A stretch of DNA of 64,000 nt from an uncultured Gammaproteobacteria bacterium (GTDB lineage Bacteria > Patescibacteriota > Patescibacteriia > S139-126): the NCBI GenBank assembly GCA_964493305.1, contig CAZBLW010000001.1, positions 473,513 through 537,512 on the forward strand. The letters are read 5' to 3'. A program made the position numbers and the translations under genes. Shown piece after piece: positions 49,169 through 59,360 of this stretch. Numbering within the stretch: the stretch's first letter is position 1; every line of letters begins with the position of its first letter. The notes below the pieces were generated by a model. It saw only the letters and a list, made by a program, of their open reading frames with translations. It had not been told where the DNA came from and ran no database searches.

Positions 49169-50155
49169 TTATTTAGTAGTAGCCTGATTTAAAATTTTTT
49201 GCCACCAAGATTGATTTTCAATATACCAATCAATAGTTTTTTTCAAATAAGTATCAAAATCATACTGCGGGGCGTAACCTAACTCTTGTTGCGCTTTAGT
49301 CCAATCCACTGCATAACGACGATCATGGCCCGGACGATCATTGACAAATTTTATATACGACTCGTCTTTATTTAAAATACTTAAAACTTTTTTAGTGATG
49401 GTAATATTGTTGACATCTTCAGTCATGCCACCTATACAGTAAGTTTTTCCTAAGGATGAAGATTTGATGACCAAATCAATTGCTCGACAGTGATCTTCCA
49501 CATAAAGCCAATCTCTAACGTATAAACCATCACCATAAACAGGTACTGGCTGGTCTTGCAATAAATTTATTATCATTACCGGTAAAAATTTCTCAGGAAA
49601 CTGATAAGGACCGAAATTGTTGGAACAGTTGGTAATAGTATAGGGCAATCCAAAGGTATCTCCATAAGCCCTAACTAAATGGTCGGCTGCTGCTTTAGAG
49701 GCACTGTATGGTGAATGAGGGTTATAAGGCGTTATTTCGCTAAATTTAGCCGTATTACCTAATTCTAGGGCACCAAATACCTCATCAGTGGAAACCTGGT
49801 GAAAATGGGCTATTTTATGCTTTAAACAGGCATCTAAAAGTACTTGCGTGCCCAAAACATTTGTTTCAATAAACACAGCTGGTCCAGTGATTGATCTATC
49901 CACATGACTTTCTGCTGCAAAATGGACTACCAAATCAACCCCAGGCAAAACTTGGTCCAATACAGCTGCGTCACCAATATCACCTTTTACAAAACTATAA
50001 TTTTGCTGATTGGCAACAGTTTTTAAATTATCTAAATTGCCAGCATAAGTTAGTTTATCTAAATTGATAATTTGATCATCCGGATACTTGGCTAACCAAT
50101 AAAGTATAAAGTTACTACCAATAAAACCTGCTCCTCCGGTCACTAATATTTTCAT
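49169..50155 (-). CDS. rfbB: dTDP-glucose 4,6-dehydratase
   Basis: GGAGFIGS, DKLTYAG, AESHVDRS, STDEV, YSASK, RPGHDRRYA. Confidence 0.97.
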   Translation of the reverse strand: MKILVTGGAGFIGSNFILYWLAKYPDDQIINLDKLTYAGNLDNLKTVANQQNYSFVKGDIGDAAVLDQVLPGVDLVVHFAAESHVDRSITGPAVFIETNVLGTQVLLDACLKHKIAHFHQVSTDEVFGALELGNTAKFSEITPYNPHSPYSASKAAADHLVRAYGDTFGLPYTITNCSNNFGPYQFPEKFLPVMIINLLQDQPVPVYGDGLYVRDWLYVEDHCRAIDLVIKSSSLGKTYCIGGMTEDVNNITITKKVLSILNKDESYIKFVNDRPGHDRRYAVDWTKAQQELGYAPQYDFDTYLKKTIDWYIENQSWWQKILNQATTK

Positions 50156-50197
50156 AATAATTTACTTAATACTTATTTCTACCTTCGATATTCACTT

Positions 50198-51454
50198 CTA
50201 AGTTCCCATTTCCCAGCTGGCTAAATATTCTTTTTGTTCAGCTGTTAAATTATCTATCTTACTACCCATGGTTTTCAACTTTAACCGGGCGATTTCTAAA
50301 TCTAATCTATTGGGTAAATTATAAACGTTTGGATTTAATTTATTTTTATTTTCTTTAATATATTTTGCTGCCAAAAATTGTCCGGCAAAACTCATATCCA
50401 TAACTTGAGCCGGATGACCTTCAGCAGCTGACAAATTCACTAATCGTCCTTCTGACAATAAATATAAAGTCCTGTTAGGTAATTCATAAGCGGTTACTTC
50501 AGGTCTAACTAAATTGATAGATTTAGACATTTTTTTTAAGGCTTGTACATTTATCTCTACATCAAAATGTCCGGTATTAGCCATTACTGCTCCTGGTTTC
50601 ATTTTTATAAAATGCTTTTTATCAAGCACATTAATATCACCAGTAGCAGTAATAAAAATATCACCAACTTTTACTGCTTGAATCATGGGCATAACTCTAA
50701 AACCATCCATTTTTGCTTCCAAGGCTCTAACTGGATCAACTTCGGTAACAATAACATCGGCTCCATGTCCTTTAGCCCGCATAGCTACTCCCCGGCCACA
50801 CCAACCATAACCAGCAATAACCAAAGTTTTACCCGCTAACAAAATATTTGTGGCACGTATTAATCCATCTACAGTTGACTGACCTGTGCCATAACGATTA
50901 TCAAATAAATGTTTAGTTTGAGCATCATTTACCGCAATAATTGGATAAGCTAATTTTTTTTGCTTAGCTAAAGCTTTTAGTCTAATTACTCCGGTGGTAG
51001 TTTCTTCGGTACCACCCCAAATATTTTTTAATAAACTGGTTTTTTCACTATGCAACATTTTTACCAAATCAGCCCCGTCATCCATGGTAAAATTGGTAGA
51101 TTTAGCAATCACTGCACGCAATTGTTTAAAATAATCACCGCGATTTGCACCTCGAACAGCAAAGACGCTAATACCATAATCTTTGACTAAACTAGCAGCT
51201 ATTTCATCTTGCGTTGATAAAGGGTTAGATGCTGACAAGCTAACCTTAGCACCAGTTTTTTTCAATAAAATCATTAGGTTGGCCGTTTCACTGGTAACAT
51301 GCATACAAGCGGCTATATTTAAACCACGCATTGGTTGGGAGGTTTTAAATTTTTTTTCTAAATGCCACAAAACGGGCATGCCTTTTTTTGCCCACTCAAT
51401 CTTTTTACGACCGTTAGCTGCTAAATTTATATTTTTAACTTTATTTGGTATCAT
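50198..51454 (-). CDS. ahcY: S-adenosylhomocysteine hydrolase
   Basis: [49 protein letters not shown]. Confidence 0.97.
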   Translation of the reverse strand: MIPNKVKNINLAANGRKKIEWAKKGMPVLWHLEKKFKTSQPMRGLNIAACMHVTSETANLMILLKKTGAKVSLSASNPLSTQDEIAASLVKDYGISVFAVRGANRGDYFKQLRAVIAKSTNFTMDDGADLVKMLHSEKTSLLKNIWGGTEETTTGVIRLKALAKQKKLAYPIIAVNDAQTKHLFDNRYGTGQSTVDGLIRATNILLAGKTLVIAGYGWCGRGVAMRAKGHGADVIVTEVDPVRALEAKMDGFRVMPMIQAVKVGDIFITATGDINVLDKKHFIKMKPGAVMANTGHFDVEINVQALKKMSKSINLVRPEVTAYELPNRTLYLLSEGRLVNLSAAEGHPAQVMDMSFAGQFLAAKYIKENKNKLNPNVYNLPNRLDLEIARLKLKTMGSKIDNLTAEQKEYLASWEMGT

Positions 51455-51867
51455 AATTCAATAGTAAATTTTCTTATTAAATCACCATATTCTTTCATTT
51501 CCTGGTCATCATACGCTTGACCCTCCCACATTCGTAAATTGTCATCATGATGTCTAGGAATAATATGAAAATGTAGGTGTTGCACAACTTGACCTGAAGC
51601 TTCGCCATTATTTAAACCAATATTAAAACCATCAGCGTCCAATGCTATCATCATTTTAGGCGCAATTTTTTTTATGGTGTTTATACATTTTTCCAATTCT
51701 TCAATTGGCGTCTCCAGTAAATCTTTAAAATGCTTTTTAGTCACTACTAAAATATGCCCCTTGGTAACCGGTGAGATATCTAGAAAAGCTAAGGTATGAT
51801 CATCCTCATATACTTTTTCACTTGGTATTTCACCAACAACAATTTTACAAAAAACACAGTCATGCAT
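51451..51867 (-). CDS. HIT family nucleotide hydrolase (HINT-like)
   Basis: CVFC, FLDI.P...[16 protein letters not shown]. Confidence 0.95.
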   Translation of the reverse strand: MHDCVFCKIVVGEIPSEKVYEDDHTLAFLDISPVTKGHILVVTKKHFKDLLETPIEELEKCINTIKKIAPKMMIALDADGFNIGLNNGEASGQVVQHLHFHIIPRHHDDNLRMWEGQAYDDQEMKEYGDLIRKFTIEL

Positions 51868-51910
51868 AAAAATAAAATTAAAAATTTAGAATATAAATAA
51901 AAAATTACTA

Positions 51911-52402
51911 TTAATCATCAACAATTGGTTCACTTTTCCAATCAAATCCAATTTTATCATCATTAAATGCTATTCTCTTTTCATCTGGGTTAGTAGCATT
52001 GTAACTTTCTGTTGTGTGATAAAAAAGCAAAACCGGCTCAACAGATAAAACTTTATAACCATGAGCTACTCCTATAGGAATAACAATTAACTTATAATCT
52101 CCTTCGCCAGCGTAAATAACTTGTGTTTTACCAAAAGTCGGCGAATCTTTTCTTAAATCAAACAAAACCACCATAGCTTTACCAGTAGCAACAAACCACA
52201 AATCATCTTGTAGTTCGTGATAATGAAAGGCTTTAATTGTCCCCTGATAAGCAACCGTAAAAGTAGTTTGTCCAAACTTTTTTAGTAAATTATCGTCCGC
52301 GCGCAAAACTTCCAACAAAAAACCAGGTTCACTTAGCGCTTCCTCGGTATCGGGAATATCAGCATGAACTTTTAATTTTTTTATAATAACTCCTGCTATC
52401 AT
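51911..52402 (-). CDS. rfbC: dTDP-4-dehydrorhamnose 3,5-epimerase family (SpsL-like)
   Basis: IKAFHYH, DLRKDSPTFG, IPIGVAHGY, IGFDW. Confidence 0.88.
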   Translation of the reverse strand: MIAGVIIKKLKVHADIPDTEEALSEPGFLLEVLRADDNLLKKFGQTTFTVAYQGTIKAFHYHELQDDLWFVATGKAMVVLFDLRKDSPTFGKTQVIYAGEGDYKLIVIPIGVAHGYKVLSVEPVLLFYHTTESYNATNPDEKRIAFNDDKIGFDWKSEPIVDD

Positions 52403-52454
52403 ATATGTTATGGTAATGAATATAATTATTTATAGCAAATCAATTCAATAGTTG

Positions 52455-52814
52455 TCACTTTAAATGTTTATAAAATATGCGTAAAACAAAAAACCCAAAA
52501 AACAACCCCACCCAAGCGAACCAAAAATTATAACTTAACAATTTAAAGGTTAGCAATAAACTTATAAAAATAATTAAATAGCTAAAAAATTTTAGATATT
52601 TAAGATTAGGTGGTTTGGGTTGATAACTATCTTGACTAAACATTTGCCAGACAAATAAACCTAAAATAATGGGTACCAACCAGTGAGGAGTAAAATGGAC
52701 CTTAACTAAATAAGGTTTTAAATCTTCCAAAATTAATAAAAAAATAAAAATGGCAATTGACCAAATTAATAAAATTTTAATAAACCTTTGTCCTACCTGT
52801 TTAAACATAATCAA
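52455..52814 (-). CDS. Hypothetical membrane protein (~4 TM)
   Basis: Hydrophobic ORF overlapping the upstream gene stop. Confidence 0.65.
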   Translation of the reverse strand: MIMFKQVGQRFIKILLIWSIAIFIFLLILEDLKPYLVKVHFTPHWLVPIILGLFVWQMFSQDSYQPKPPNLKYLKFFSYLIIFISLLLTFKLLSYNFWFAWVGLFFGFFVLRIFYKHLK

Positions 52815-53659
52815 AATCTATTTTTTAACCGATTCAGAAAACGAAACAATTTATCCGTAAAATTTTGCTGGGTAATCGGTTCTTTCTCTAAATCAAATTT
52901 TACTGACCGGACATTGACTGTTTGTTTGTTCTGGGCTAGATCTGGTGACGAAATAACAAACTTATAAATATGCCCCGCTAACCAGAGTTCATTTGGTAGA
53001 AAACTAGCTGTAGCTTGCCGCCAGCCGTTACCTAGATCTTGGGCTGGTTGATAAGTCGTCAATAGAAAATCAAAATCTTGACTAGTAAAATTTTGCTCCC
53101 ATTCTTTTGTATTTATATCTGCCAACCTAAATGAATTAAAATTATAAGTAACGTACTCTGCCGTCGGATACTGTTCTAAAATATCCGACCAATTATTTAA
53201 TTCGACGGGTAATGATTTTCTGCCGGCACAAATCGAAACGTCAGTTGAGGGAGAATAAGCAAATTTTTTACAATCTAATTGTAAACTCTCAAAATAAAAA
53301 TTATAAACTGGTTTTAGAGTTATTTGCCAACCTTCGTCACTACCCAATCCCCCCAACTCTAAGATCGTCTGATTATCACTTAATTGGAATTCCACTGAGA
53401 AATCAATTTTCTGATATAACCTAGGTATATACAAATCAAAATAAACCGGATCAATTGCTATTTGCCAATAATTATTATTTACTCCCAGTCGATCTTCCGG
53501 ATATGGTCCTCGAACGAGTTTATTGTTTTTATTATAAGTGTGTACTATTGACCTTTGACCGCTGGGATTAATATCGTACCATACCAAATAAAGCAATATA
53601 AAAAAAACCAAAACAACCATGGCCAAATTGATCAATTTAGATATTTTATCAATTTTCAT
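52811..53659 (-). CDS. Hypothetical single-TM exported protein
   Basis: N-terminal TM, beta-rich soluble domain; own -10 promoter. Confidence 0.7.
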   Translation of the reverse strand: MKIDKISKLINLAMVVLVFFILLYLVWYDINPSGQRSIVHTYNKNNKLVRGPYPEDRLGVNNNYWQIAIDPVYFDLYIPRLYQKIDFSVEFQLSDNQTILELGGLGSDEGWQITLKPVYNFYFESLQLDCKKFAYSPSTDVSICAGRKSLPVELNNWSDILEQYPTAEYVTYNFNSFRLADINTKEWEQNFTSQDFDFLLTTYQPAQDLGNGWRQATASFLPNELWLAGHIYKFVISSPDLAQNKQTVNVRSVKFDLEKEPITQQNFTDKLFRFLNRLKNRF

Positions 53660-53730
53660 AAATCAATTATAGCAAAAATACAAGGATTTTTACATTTCAT
53701 TTAAAAAGCAAAGCTTGATACAATATTAGC
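53660..53730. promoter_or_regulatory. Back-to-back extended -10 promoters, both probably leaderless
   Basis: Minus strand TGcTATAAT-6 nt-ATG (53659); plus strand TTCATT-17 nt-TACAAT-6 nt-ATG (53731). Confidence 0.65.
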
Positions 53731-55014
53731 ATGGCTTCACTCAAAAATATCTTGAAAAAAAATACCGCTTACCTAGGGCTTTCCGAAGGGGTGTCGATGT
53801 TAATTTTATTCGTAATTAGTGTTTTGGTGGCGAGAAAATTAGGACAGACAGTTTACGGTCAATTTGCCTTTATCTTGGCTTTTGCTCAAATTTGGCAAGT
53901 GGTAGCTGACTTCGGCCTGTCTATGTTGGCTATCCGTGATATTAGTACCAATAAAAATAATGTTAAAACAATTTTAAGCAATTATATTTCTTTAAAAATT
54001 GTTTTAGGAATACTAACCTACCTACTGATAATTATCTCGGCTCTAATTCTCAACAAACCTTTGTTTATAAAAGAATTAATTATAATTGCCGGTGCTTATC
54101 TAATTATTTATACCTTGGCTGAACTGCTCCGAGCTGTGTTTAGAGCTTATGAAAAATTTAAATACGAAGCTCTGATAAAAATCAGTCAACACGTTATTCT
54201 TTTACTGCTGATTATTTATGCTATCTTTATCCAATCATTATTTGCCGTTGTTTGGGCTTATTTTGTAGCTGCTATTTATGCTTTAGTAGTAAGCGCCTGG
54301 TTGATAAAATCAAAATTTACCAGCTTCAATTGGCACTGGGATAAACCACAAATTAAAATTATTATAAAACAAGCCTGGCCACTGGCTTTAGCCAATATGT
54401 TTGTTATTATTTATTTTCGGATAGATACTGTGATGTTATCAATGATCAAAGATGATTTAGCTACGGCTTGGTATAACGCGGCTTATCTGTTAATTTTCTC
54501 TTTAACTTTTGTGGCTTATATACTGATTATGTCAGTCTACCCTAAACTTTCTCAACTTGCTCTAGAATCAATCAACGCCTGTCGCTTACTGTACCGCAAA
54601 ACCTTACTGCTTATGTCTTTGGCGGGATTAATAATTTTAGGTATAGCCGTTGTCATAGCTAAATGGTTGATTATTTATATTTATGGCCAAAGTTTTGCAC
54701 CGGCAGTGCATGTTTTTTATATTTTATCACTAGCGGTATTTTTTTCTTTTTTAGCTCATGTTTGGCTATATACTTTAAATGCCTTAGGTAAACAAATAAG
54801 TTATACTTTAGCCACTGGATTTGGTATGCTAATGAATATCGGATTAAACTTTTATTGGATACCAAAATTTTCTTATATCGGGGCAGCTTGGGCTACGGTT
54901 TTAACTGAGATTACTACGGGTTTAATTATTTATGGTTTAGTAGAATATTATTTGAATAAAAAATTTGTTCAAATTAAAAAAACACCATCTCCTCATCTAA
55001 ACAATCCTATTTAA
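53731..55014 (+). CDS. Wzx-type polysaccharide flippase
   Basis: KNTAY, ARKLG..YG, DFGL, RIDTVML, IPKFSYIGAAWAT; ~12 TM. Confidence 0.93.
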   Translation: MASLKNILKKNTAYLGLSEGVSMLILFVISVLVARKLGQTVYGQFAFILAFAQIWQVVADFGLSMLAIRDISTNKNNVKTILSNYISLKIVLGILTYLLIIISALILNKPLFIKELIIIAGAYLIIYTLAELLRAVFRAYEKFKYEALIKISQHVILLLLIIYAIFIQSLFAVVWAYFVAAIYALVVSAWLIKSKFTSFNWHWDKPQIKIIIKQAWPLALANMFVIIYFRIDTVMLSMIKDDLATAWYNAAYLLIFSLTFVAYILIMSVYPKLSQLALESINACRLLYRKTLLLMSLAGLIILGIAVVIAKWLIIYIYGQSFAPAVHVFYILSLAVFFSFLAHVWLYTLNALGKQISYTLATGFGMLMNIGLNFYWIPKFSYIGAAWATVLTEITTGLIIYGLVEYYLNKKFVQIKKTPSPHLNNPI

Positions 55015-55017
55015 TTT

Positions 55018-56028
55018 ATGCCGACTATTGCTATTTCTATACTTCACCATAAAAATACAACTCTAACTGGCAACTGTTTAGAATCTTTAAAAAAACAGAC
55101 ATTTAAAAATTTCCATATTTATTTACTAATCCAAGGTGCAACCCGCGAAGATGAAATCACTTTACAGAATCTTTATGGTAATGAAAAAAATATTACTATC
55201 AGAGTAGAGACGGAAAATAAAGGTTTTGCTGAGGGTAATAACCTCAATATTAGACAAGCTTTACAAAACAATCAGACCGAATATATTCTCACCTTAAATA
55301 ATGATACTGTAGTTGATAAAAAATTTTTACAAGAATTAATAAATACCGCAACCACTAGCAACTCGGATATGGTGCAAGCTAAAATGCTAAAAATGGATGA
55401 CCCTCAACAAATTGATTGTCTAGGTATTGAGTTAATGATGTCTGGCTTAACTTTTAACATTAAATCACCAAATAAAATTCTGTTTTGTCCTTCTGCTGGA
55501 GCGGCCTTATACAGTCGTAAATTACTAGAAAGTTGTCGTGAAGAAAAACAAGTCTCTATAGGTTTTGAATCAAGAATTGTATATGACTATTTCGATTCTA
55601 GTTTTTTTGCTTATGCCGAAGATTTTGATCTCGGTTTTAGAGCCAGATTATTAGGGTTTCAAGCAACCTTATCTCCGCAAGCTATCTGTTGGCATAAAGG
55701 CTCAGCAACCACCGGTACTATGTCAGATTTTGCTGTTTATCATACTTACCGCAACTTAATATTTGCCCTGTATAAAAATTTACCAACCAAACTATGGTGG
55801 GAATACGGAATTTTTATTTTAATTGGTCAAATTATTATTAAACTAAACTCATTGCGCCGCCAACAGTTAAAAACCTACGTTGCCGCTTTTTACTATGCCC
55901 TAAAAAACTTAAATAAATTCCAATTAAAAAGAAGTAACATCCAGTCCCGCCTAACCTCTGAGATTAAACCTTATATAACAAAAAAATTAATTGCCGATGA
56001 TTATTGGCCCATCAAAAATAAGGCTTAA
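55018..56028 (+). CDS. GT2 glycosyltransferase (rhamnosyltransferase-like)
   Basis: NKGFAEGNN, LNNDT, FAYAEDFDL, WH. Confidence 0.9.
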   Translation: MPTIAISILHHKNTTLTGNCLESLKKQTFKNFHIYLLIQGATREDEITLQNLYGNEKNITIRVETENKGFAEGNNLNIRQALQNNQTEYILTLNNDTVVDKKFLQELINTATTSNSDMVQAKMLKMDDPQQIDCLGIELMMSGLTFNIKSPNKILFCPSAGAALYSRKLLESCREEKQVSIGFESRIVYDYFDSSFFAYAEDFDLGFRARLLGFQATLSPQAICWHKGSATTGTMSDFAVYHTYRNLIFALYKNLPTKLWWEYGIFILIGQIIIKLNSLRRQQLKTYVAAFYYALKNLNKFQLKRSNIQSRLTSEIKPYITKKLIADDYWPIKNKA

Positions 56029-56040
56029 TATTTTTTTATA

Positions 56041-58266
56041 TCAATCAGAGCTGTCTTGTGTAAATCGCCAGAGATAAACTTTGCCAATTTGTTCCTGTGG
56101 ATCTCCCAATAGCTCGATATTTGTTTGCCAAACATCATCTGACATCCATTTTTTTTCTACCATATACCAGCACTCCCTAGCACCAGTTACTGCAAATGCT
56201 TTAGCTAACCAATTATCAACTTTTGGTTTTCTTATCAAACCTTCAAAAATCTTTACTCGTTCTGGTTGGGCGTATTCCAAATAAACTGGGAAGCCACCAG
56301 CAATTATCTCTCGCCCGGAAACATATTCTAAGCCAAGTAAGGGCCAGGTATTGGCCACTACACAATAAGGTGAATTTTTATCTATATTATCCCAGACAAA
56401 ATTGGCAGCTTTTATTTCATCATGCGTTACCACTTCCAAAACCGGACCAGAAGTATAGGTTGAAGCGGCTACCAAGGATATAAATATTATCAAACCATAA
56501 ATTTTTACAAATTTATCGACTTTAGGTAAAAAATCATTTATTAAATAAAAAACGCCCAAAGCTATTAGCACTAACCAAAAAAATGAAATAGTTACATCGA
56601 GTCTTCTGGCTAAAATATGGTTACCCTCCATAAAGTACCAAGAAAAGACATAGCTAACTATCATAACCACCAACGACAGTAAAAAAAATATAGCTATTTT
56701 TTTGTCTGCCAATTTTCTTATTTTTTCAATACCGGCTAAAGCCAATAACCAAATCAAACCGGTAAACATAAGTGGCAACAATCTTAAATTGAAAAGTGAA
56801 GCTTGGCTTTGAGTTTGTCTAGTTTGATTATATAACCAATTACCTTGATCAATATGTGTAGGTCTGGGTATAAAAGCCACTACACCGGTTAAGGTGCCAA
56901 AAGCATCAGCTAACTGGTTAAAAACTACACTGGGGTTTAAAATATTTTCTTTTACTGCACCGTAACCCATAACTATTTCTAAAACTGGCACTACTAAACA
57001 AGACAGTATCAACCAAGTTATTAAAACATATCGCCTGACTTTAGGTTTACGTATTTCTCCCCACAGTAAAAAACCAACGCCCATAACCAAAATGATAATA
57101 AAATACAAAACATAGCTAAAATACATGAGTAAACTAAGTAAAATAGCTATATTTCTAACTCTTTGGTCTTGGTTTCTAATATAATAAAGCCATAAATATA
57201 ATACGGCCAGAAAATAAATAAAACCTAAAGATACCGGTATAGTTATAGCACCAAATACTTGTAAGGTATAAAAAATTGTTGGTAAAAAAGCTACCAATAA
57301 TCTAAACTGTTTAGACTGATAAATAAAACCAGCAATCTGATACAATAACAAGGGTATAAAAAAGGACCACAAGATATAAATTAACCAATAATCAATCCAA
57401 AAAATATTTACATTTAAAAAATAACTAAGTAAAAGTGTTAAGCCCCACTGATTTCCATATGATGTTTTATTGCCAGCCAACAATACTTCTGGTACTTGCC
57501 AGGGACCAATTGACATCATTTTCAATGGTTCACCAATTAAACTTGGACTATATACTTGTTCGCTAGCTAAATATTTTTCCGAAGCTAAATGCCGCCATTT
57601 ATCCCCTCCGAAACCAGTCTGATAGACAATCGGCAAATAGGCATGCAAAAAATAAGAATGTAAAACAATTAGTACAATAATAAATCCTGTTTTAAGTTTG
57701 GAAAATATCAAAACTCCAATGCTAAATGTGATCAATAAAAAAATATAGATAAATATCTTTGGTATTACTTGCCAAGGAGTAATAATATAATCACCAGTAC
57801 GCGCTGAGAGTAACAAGACAATACCTAAAATAAATAATAATGGTAAAGCATAAGTTAAATAAAAAGGCGGCCGGATAGAAAAATCAGACTCAGCAGAGAT
57901 TACCTGTTGTTGGGAAAAAGTAAGACTTTTACCCAACCAAAAAAAGACTAGAGCTAAAAATACTACCGACAATAATGCAAATAAATTAGAATACTTATAA
58001 AAATTAACAAAAATTGCAATAGTAAAACTCAACCAATAAATAAATACCAAATAACCGAAAACCAACGATTTAAAAGGTGATAAATTAAGTAATCGATTAA
58101 AAAATACACCTGCATAAATGCCGGTCATTATAAAAAATATAACAAAAGCTATGGTATTCAACCATGGAGTTTGTTGCCAAAAAAAATTCAGCCCCAAAAC
58201 AATAATATTCAACCAATAAAAAATATTTAGATTCCGGCGATTGGATGCTTGAAATAATTTATACAT
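56041..58266 (-). CDS. Large polytopic membrane protein, putative GT-C glycosyltransferase
   Basis: More than 14 hydrophobic segments; loop GGDKWRH; late HILARRLD and DEIKAANFV soluble tail; inside the GT operon. Confidence 0.55.
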   Translation of the reverse strand: MYKLFQASNRRNLNIFYWLNIIVLGLNFFWQQTPWLNTIAFVIFFIMTGIYAGVFFNRLLNLSPFKSLVFGYLVFIYWLSFTIAIFVNFYKYSNLFALLSVVFLALVFFWLGKSLTFSQQQVISAESDFSIRPPFYLTYALPLLFILGIVLLLSARTGDYIITPWQVIPKIFIYIFLLITFSIGVLIFSKLKTGFIIVLIVLHSYFLHAYLPIVYQTGFGGDKWRHLASEKYLASEQVYSPSLIGEPLKMMSIGPWQVPEVLLAGNKTSYGNQWGLTLLLSYFLNVNIFWIDYWLIYILWSFFIPLLLYQIAGFIYQSKQFRLLVAFLPTIFYTLQVFGAITIPVSLGFIYFLAVLYLWLYYIRNQDQRVRNIAILLSLLMYFSYVLYFIIILVMGVGFLLWGEIRKPKVRRYVLITWLILSCLVVPVLEIVMGYGAVKENILNPSVVFNQLADAFGTLTGVVAFIPRPTHIDQGNWLYNQTRQTQSQASLFNLRLLPLMFTGLIWLLALAGIEKIRKLADKKIAIFFLLSLVVMIVSYVFSWYFMEGNHILARRLDVTISFFWLVLIALGVFYLINDFLPKVDKFVKIYGLIIFISLVAASTYTSGPVLEVVTHDEIKAANFVWDNIDKNSPYCVVANTWPLLGLEYVSGREIIAGGFPVYLEYAQPERVKIFEGLIRKPKVDNWLAKAFAVTGARECWYMVEKKWMSDDVWQTNIELLGDPQEQIGKVYLWRFTQDSSD

Positions 58267-59356
58267 AATAAATATCTCGCAAATTTTTTATTATATTTAC
58301 CCAGTTATAATAATTTTCTACCTTAGTCCGAGCTTGTAAACCCCATCGCTGTTGCAGTTCTTCATGAGTTAATAAAAAATCCAGTTGTTTAGCTAAATCA
58401 GATACACTATTGGGCTTGACCAACAAACCAGTTTGTTCATGACTGACTACTGACCTGACGCCTGGCAAATTGGACGCGATTGTCGGTACACCACAAGCCA
58501 TGGCCTCCAACAAAACTATACCAAATGCCTCAGTCTTATCTATACTAGGCAAACAAAAAACATAAGCTGATTGATATAAACGTAATAATTCATCATTTGT
58601 TTGCTGACCAGTAAACCAAACTTTTTTATCAATATTTAATTCCCCAGCTAAATTTTTGTAGTCAGTCATCAACTCCCCACTGCCAACTATAATCAAACGC
58701 CAATTCTCATTAGTTAAATTACTACAGGCCTTAATCAAGTTACCCACTCCTTTAAAATAATGATTACGATCCAATCCACCCACAAATAATATGTTTTTTT
58801 GAACCATTTTTTTATCTGTCGGTGGTACAAATATCTCATCAGGAGCAAACGGTAAAGCAATAAATTTTTCTTGATTATTTTGATAATAAAAATTTATTTC
58901 ACTACTTTTTAAATAATCAAAGGATGATACTAATATTACATCTGCTTGTTTTAATAACCAAGGTAAGAAAAATTTTTGATACAACCAAAAAAATTTACCC
59001 AACCAACCTTGTCCTACTAAATCGTGATGATAAAAAACAATTAATTTTTTATTTTTATTTAGCTTACGCCAGATAGCAACAACTTCTGCTAAACCAAAAG
59101 CCGGATAGTGCAATTGGACAACAGCAAATTTGTCTAACCGCCACAACAACTGCGGACAAAAACCTGCCTTGCCCCAACGTGGCCAGGCTTTAAGATAATG
59201 GCATTTAAAAGCAAATTCATTTTTAATTCCATAATCTATTGTAAAAACTTCAACCGACTCACCTAACTGAGACAAACCTTTAGCGTACTGCCAAGCAACT
59301 TGGCCAATACCGCCACGATAAGGAGGAAAAATAGCTGTGACTTGTGCAATTTTCAT
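58259..59356 (-). CDS. GT4 glycosyltransferase
   Basis: FPPYRGG, FVGGL..YFKG, EAFGIVLLEAMACG. Confidence 0.93.
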   Translation of the reverse strand: MKIAQVTAIFPPYRGGIGQVAWQYAKGLSQLGESVEVFTIDYGIKNEFAFKCHYLKAWPRWGKAGFCPQLLWRLDKFAVVQLHYPAFGLAEVVAIWRKLNKNKKLIVFYHHDLVGQGWLGKFFWLYQKFFLPWLLKQADVILVSSFDYLKSSEINFYYQNNQEKFIALPFAPDEIFVPPTDKKMVQKNILFVGGLDRNHYFKGVGNLIKACSNLTNENWRLIIVGSGELMTDYKNLAGELNIDKKVWFTGQQTNDELLRLYQSAYVFCLPSIDKTEAFGIVLLEAMACGVPTIASNLPGVRSVVSHEQTGLLVKPNSVSDLAKQLDFLLTHEELQQRWGLQARTKVENYYNWVNIIKNLRDIYYV

Positions 59357-59360
59357 AAAA

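Noticed and set aside
4906-56483. Numerous 60-130 aa antisense or alternate-frame ORFs in the ORF track (e.g. 16292-16597, 31757-32143, 40987-41343, 50543-50839)
   Set aside because: They lie within or largely overlap well-supported genes and have no recognisable motifs; shadow ORFs
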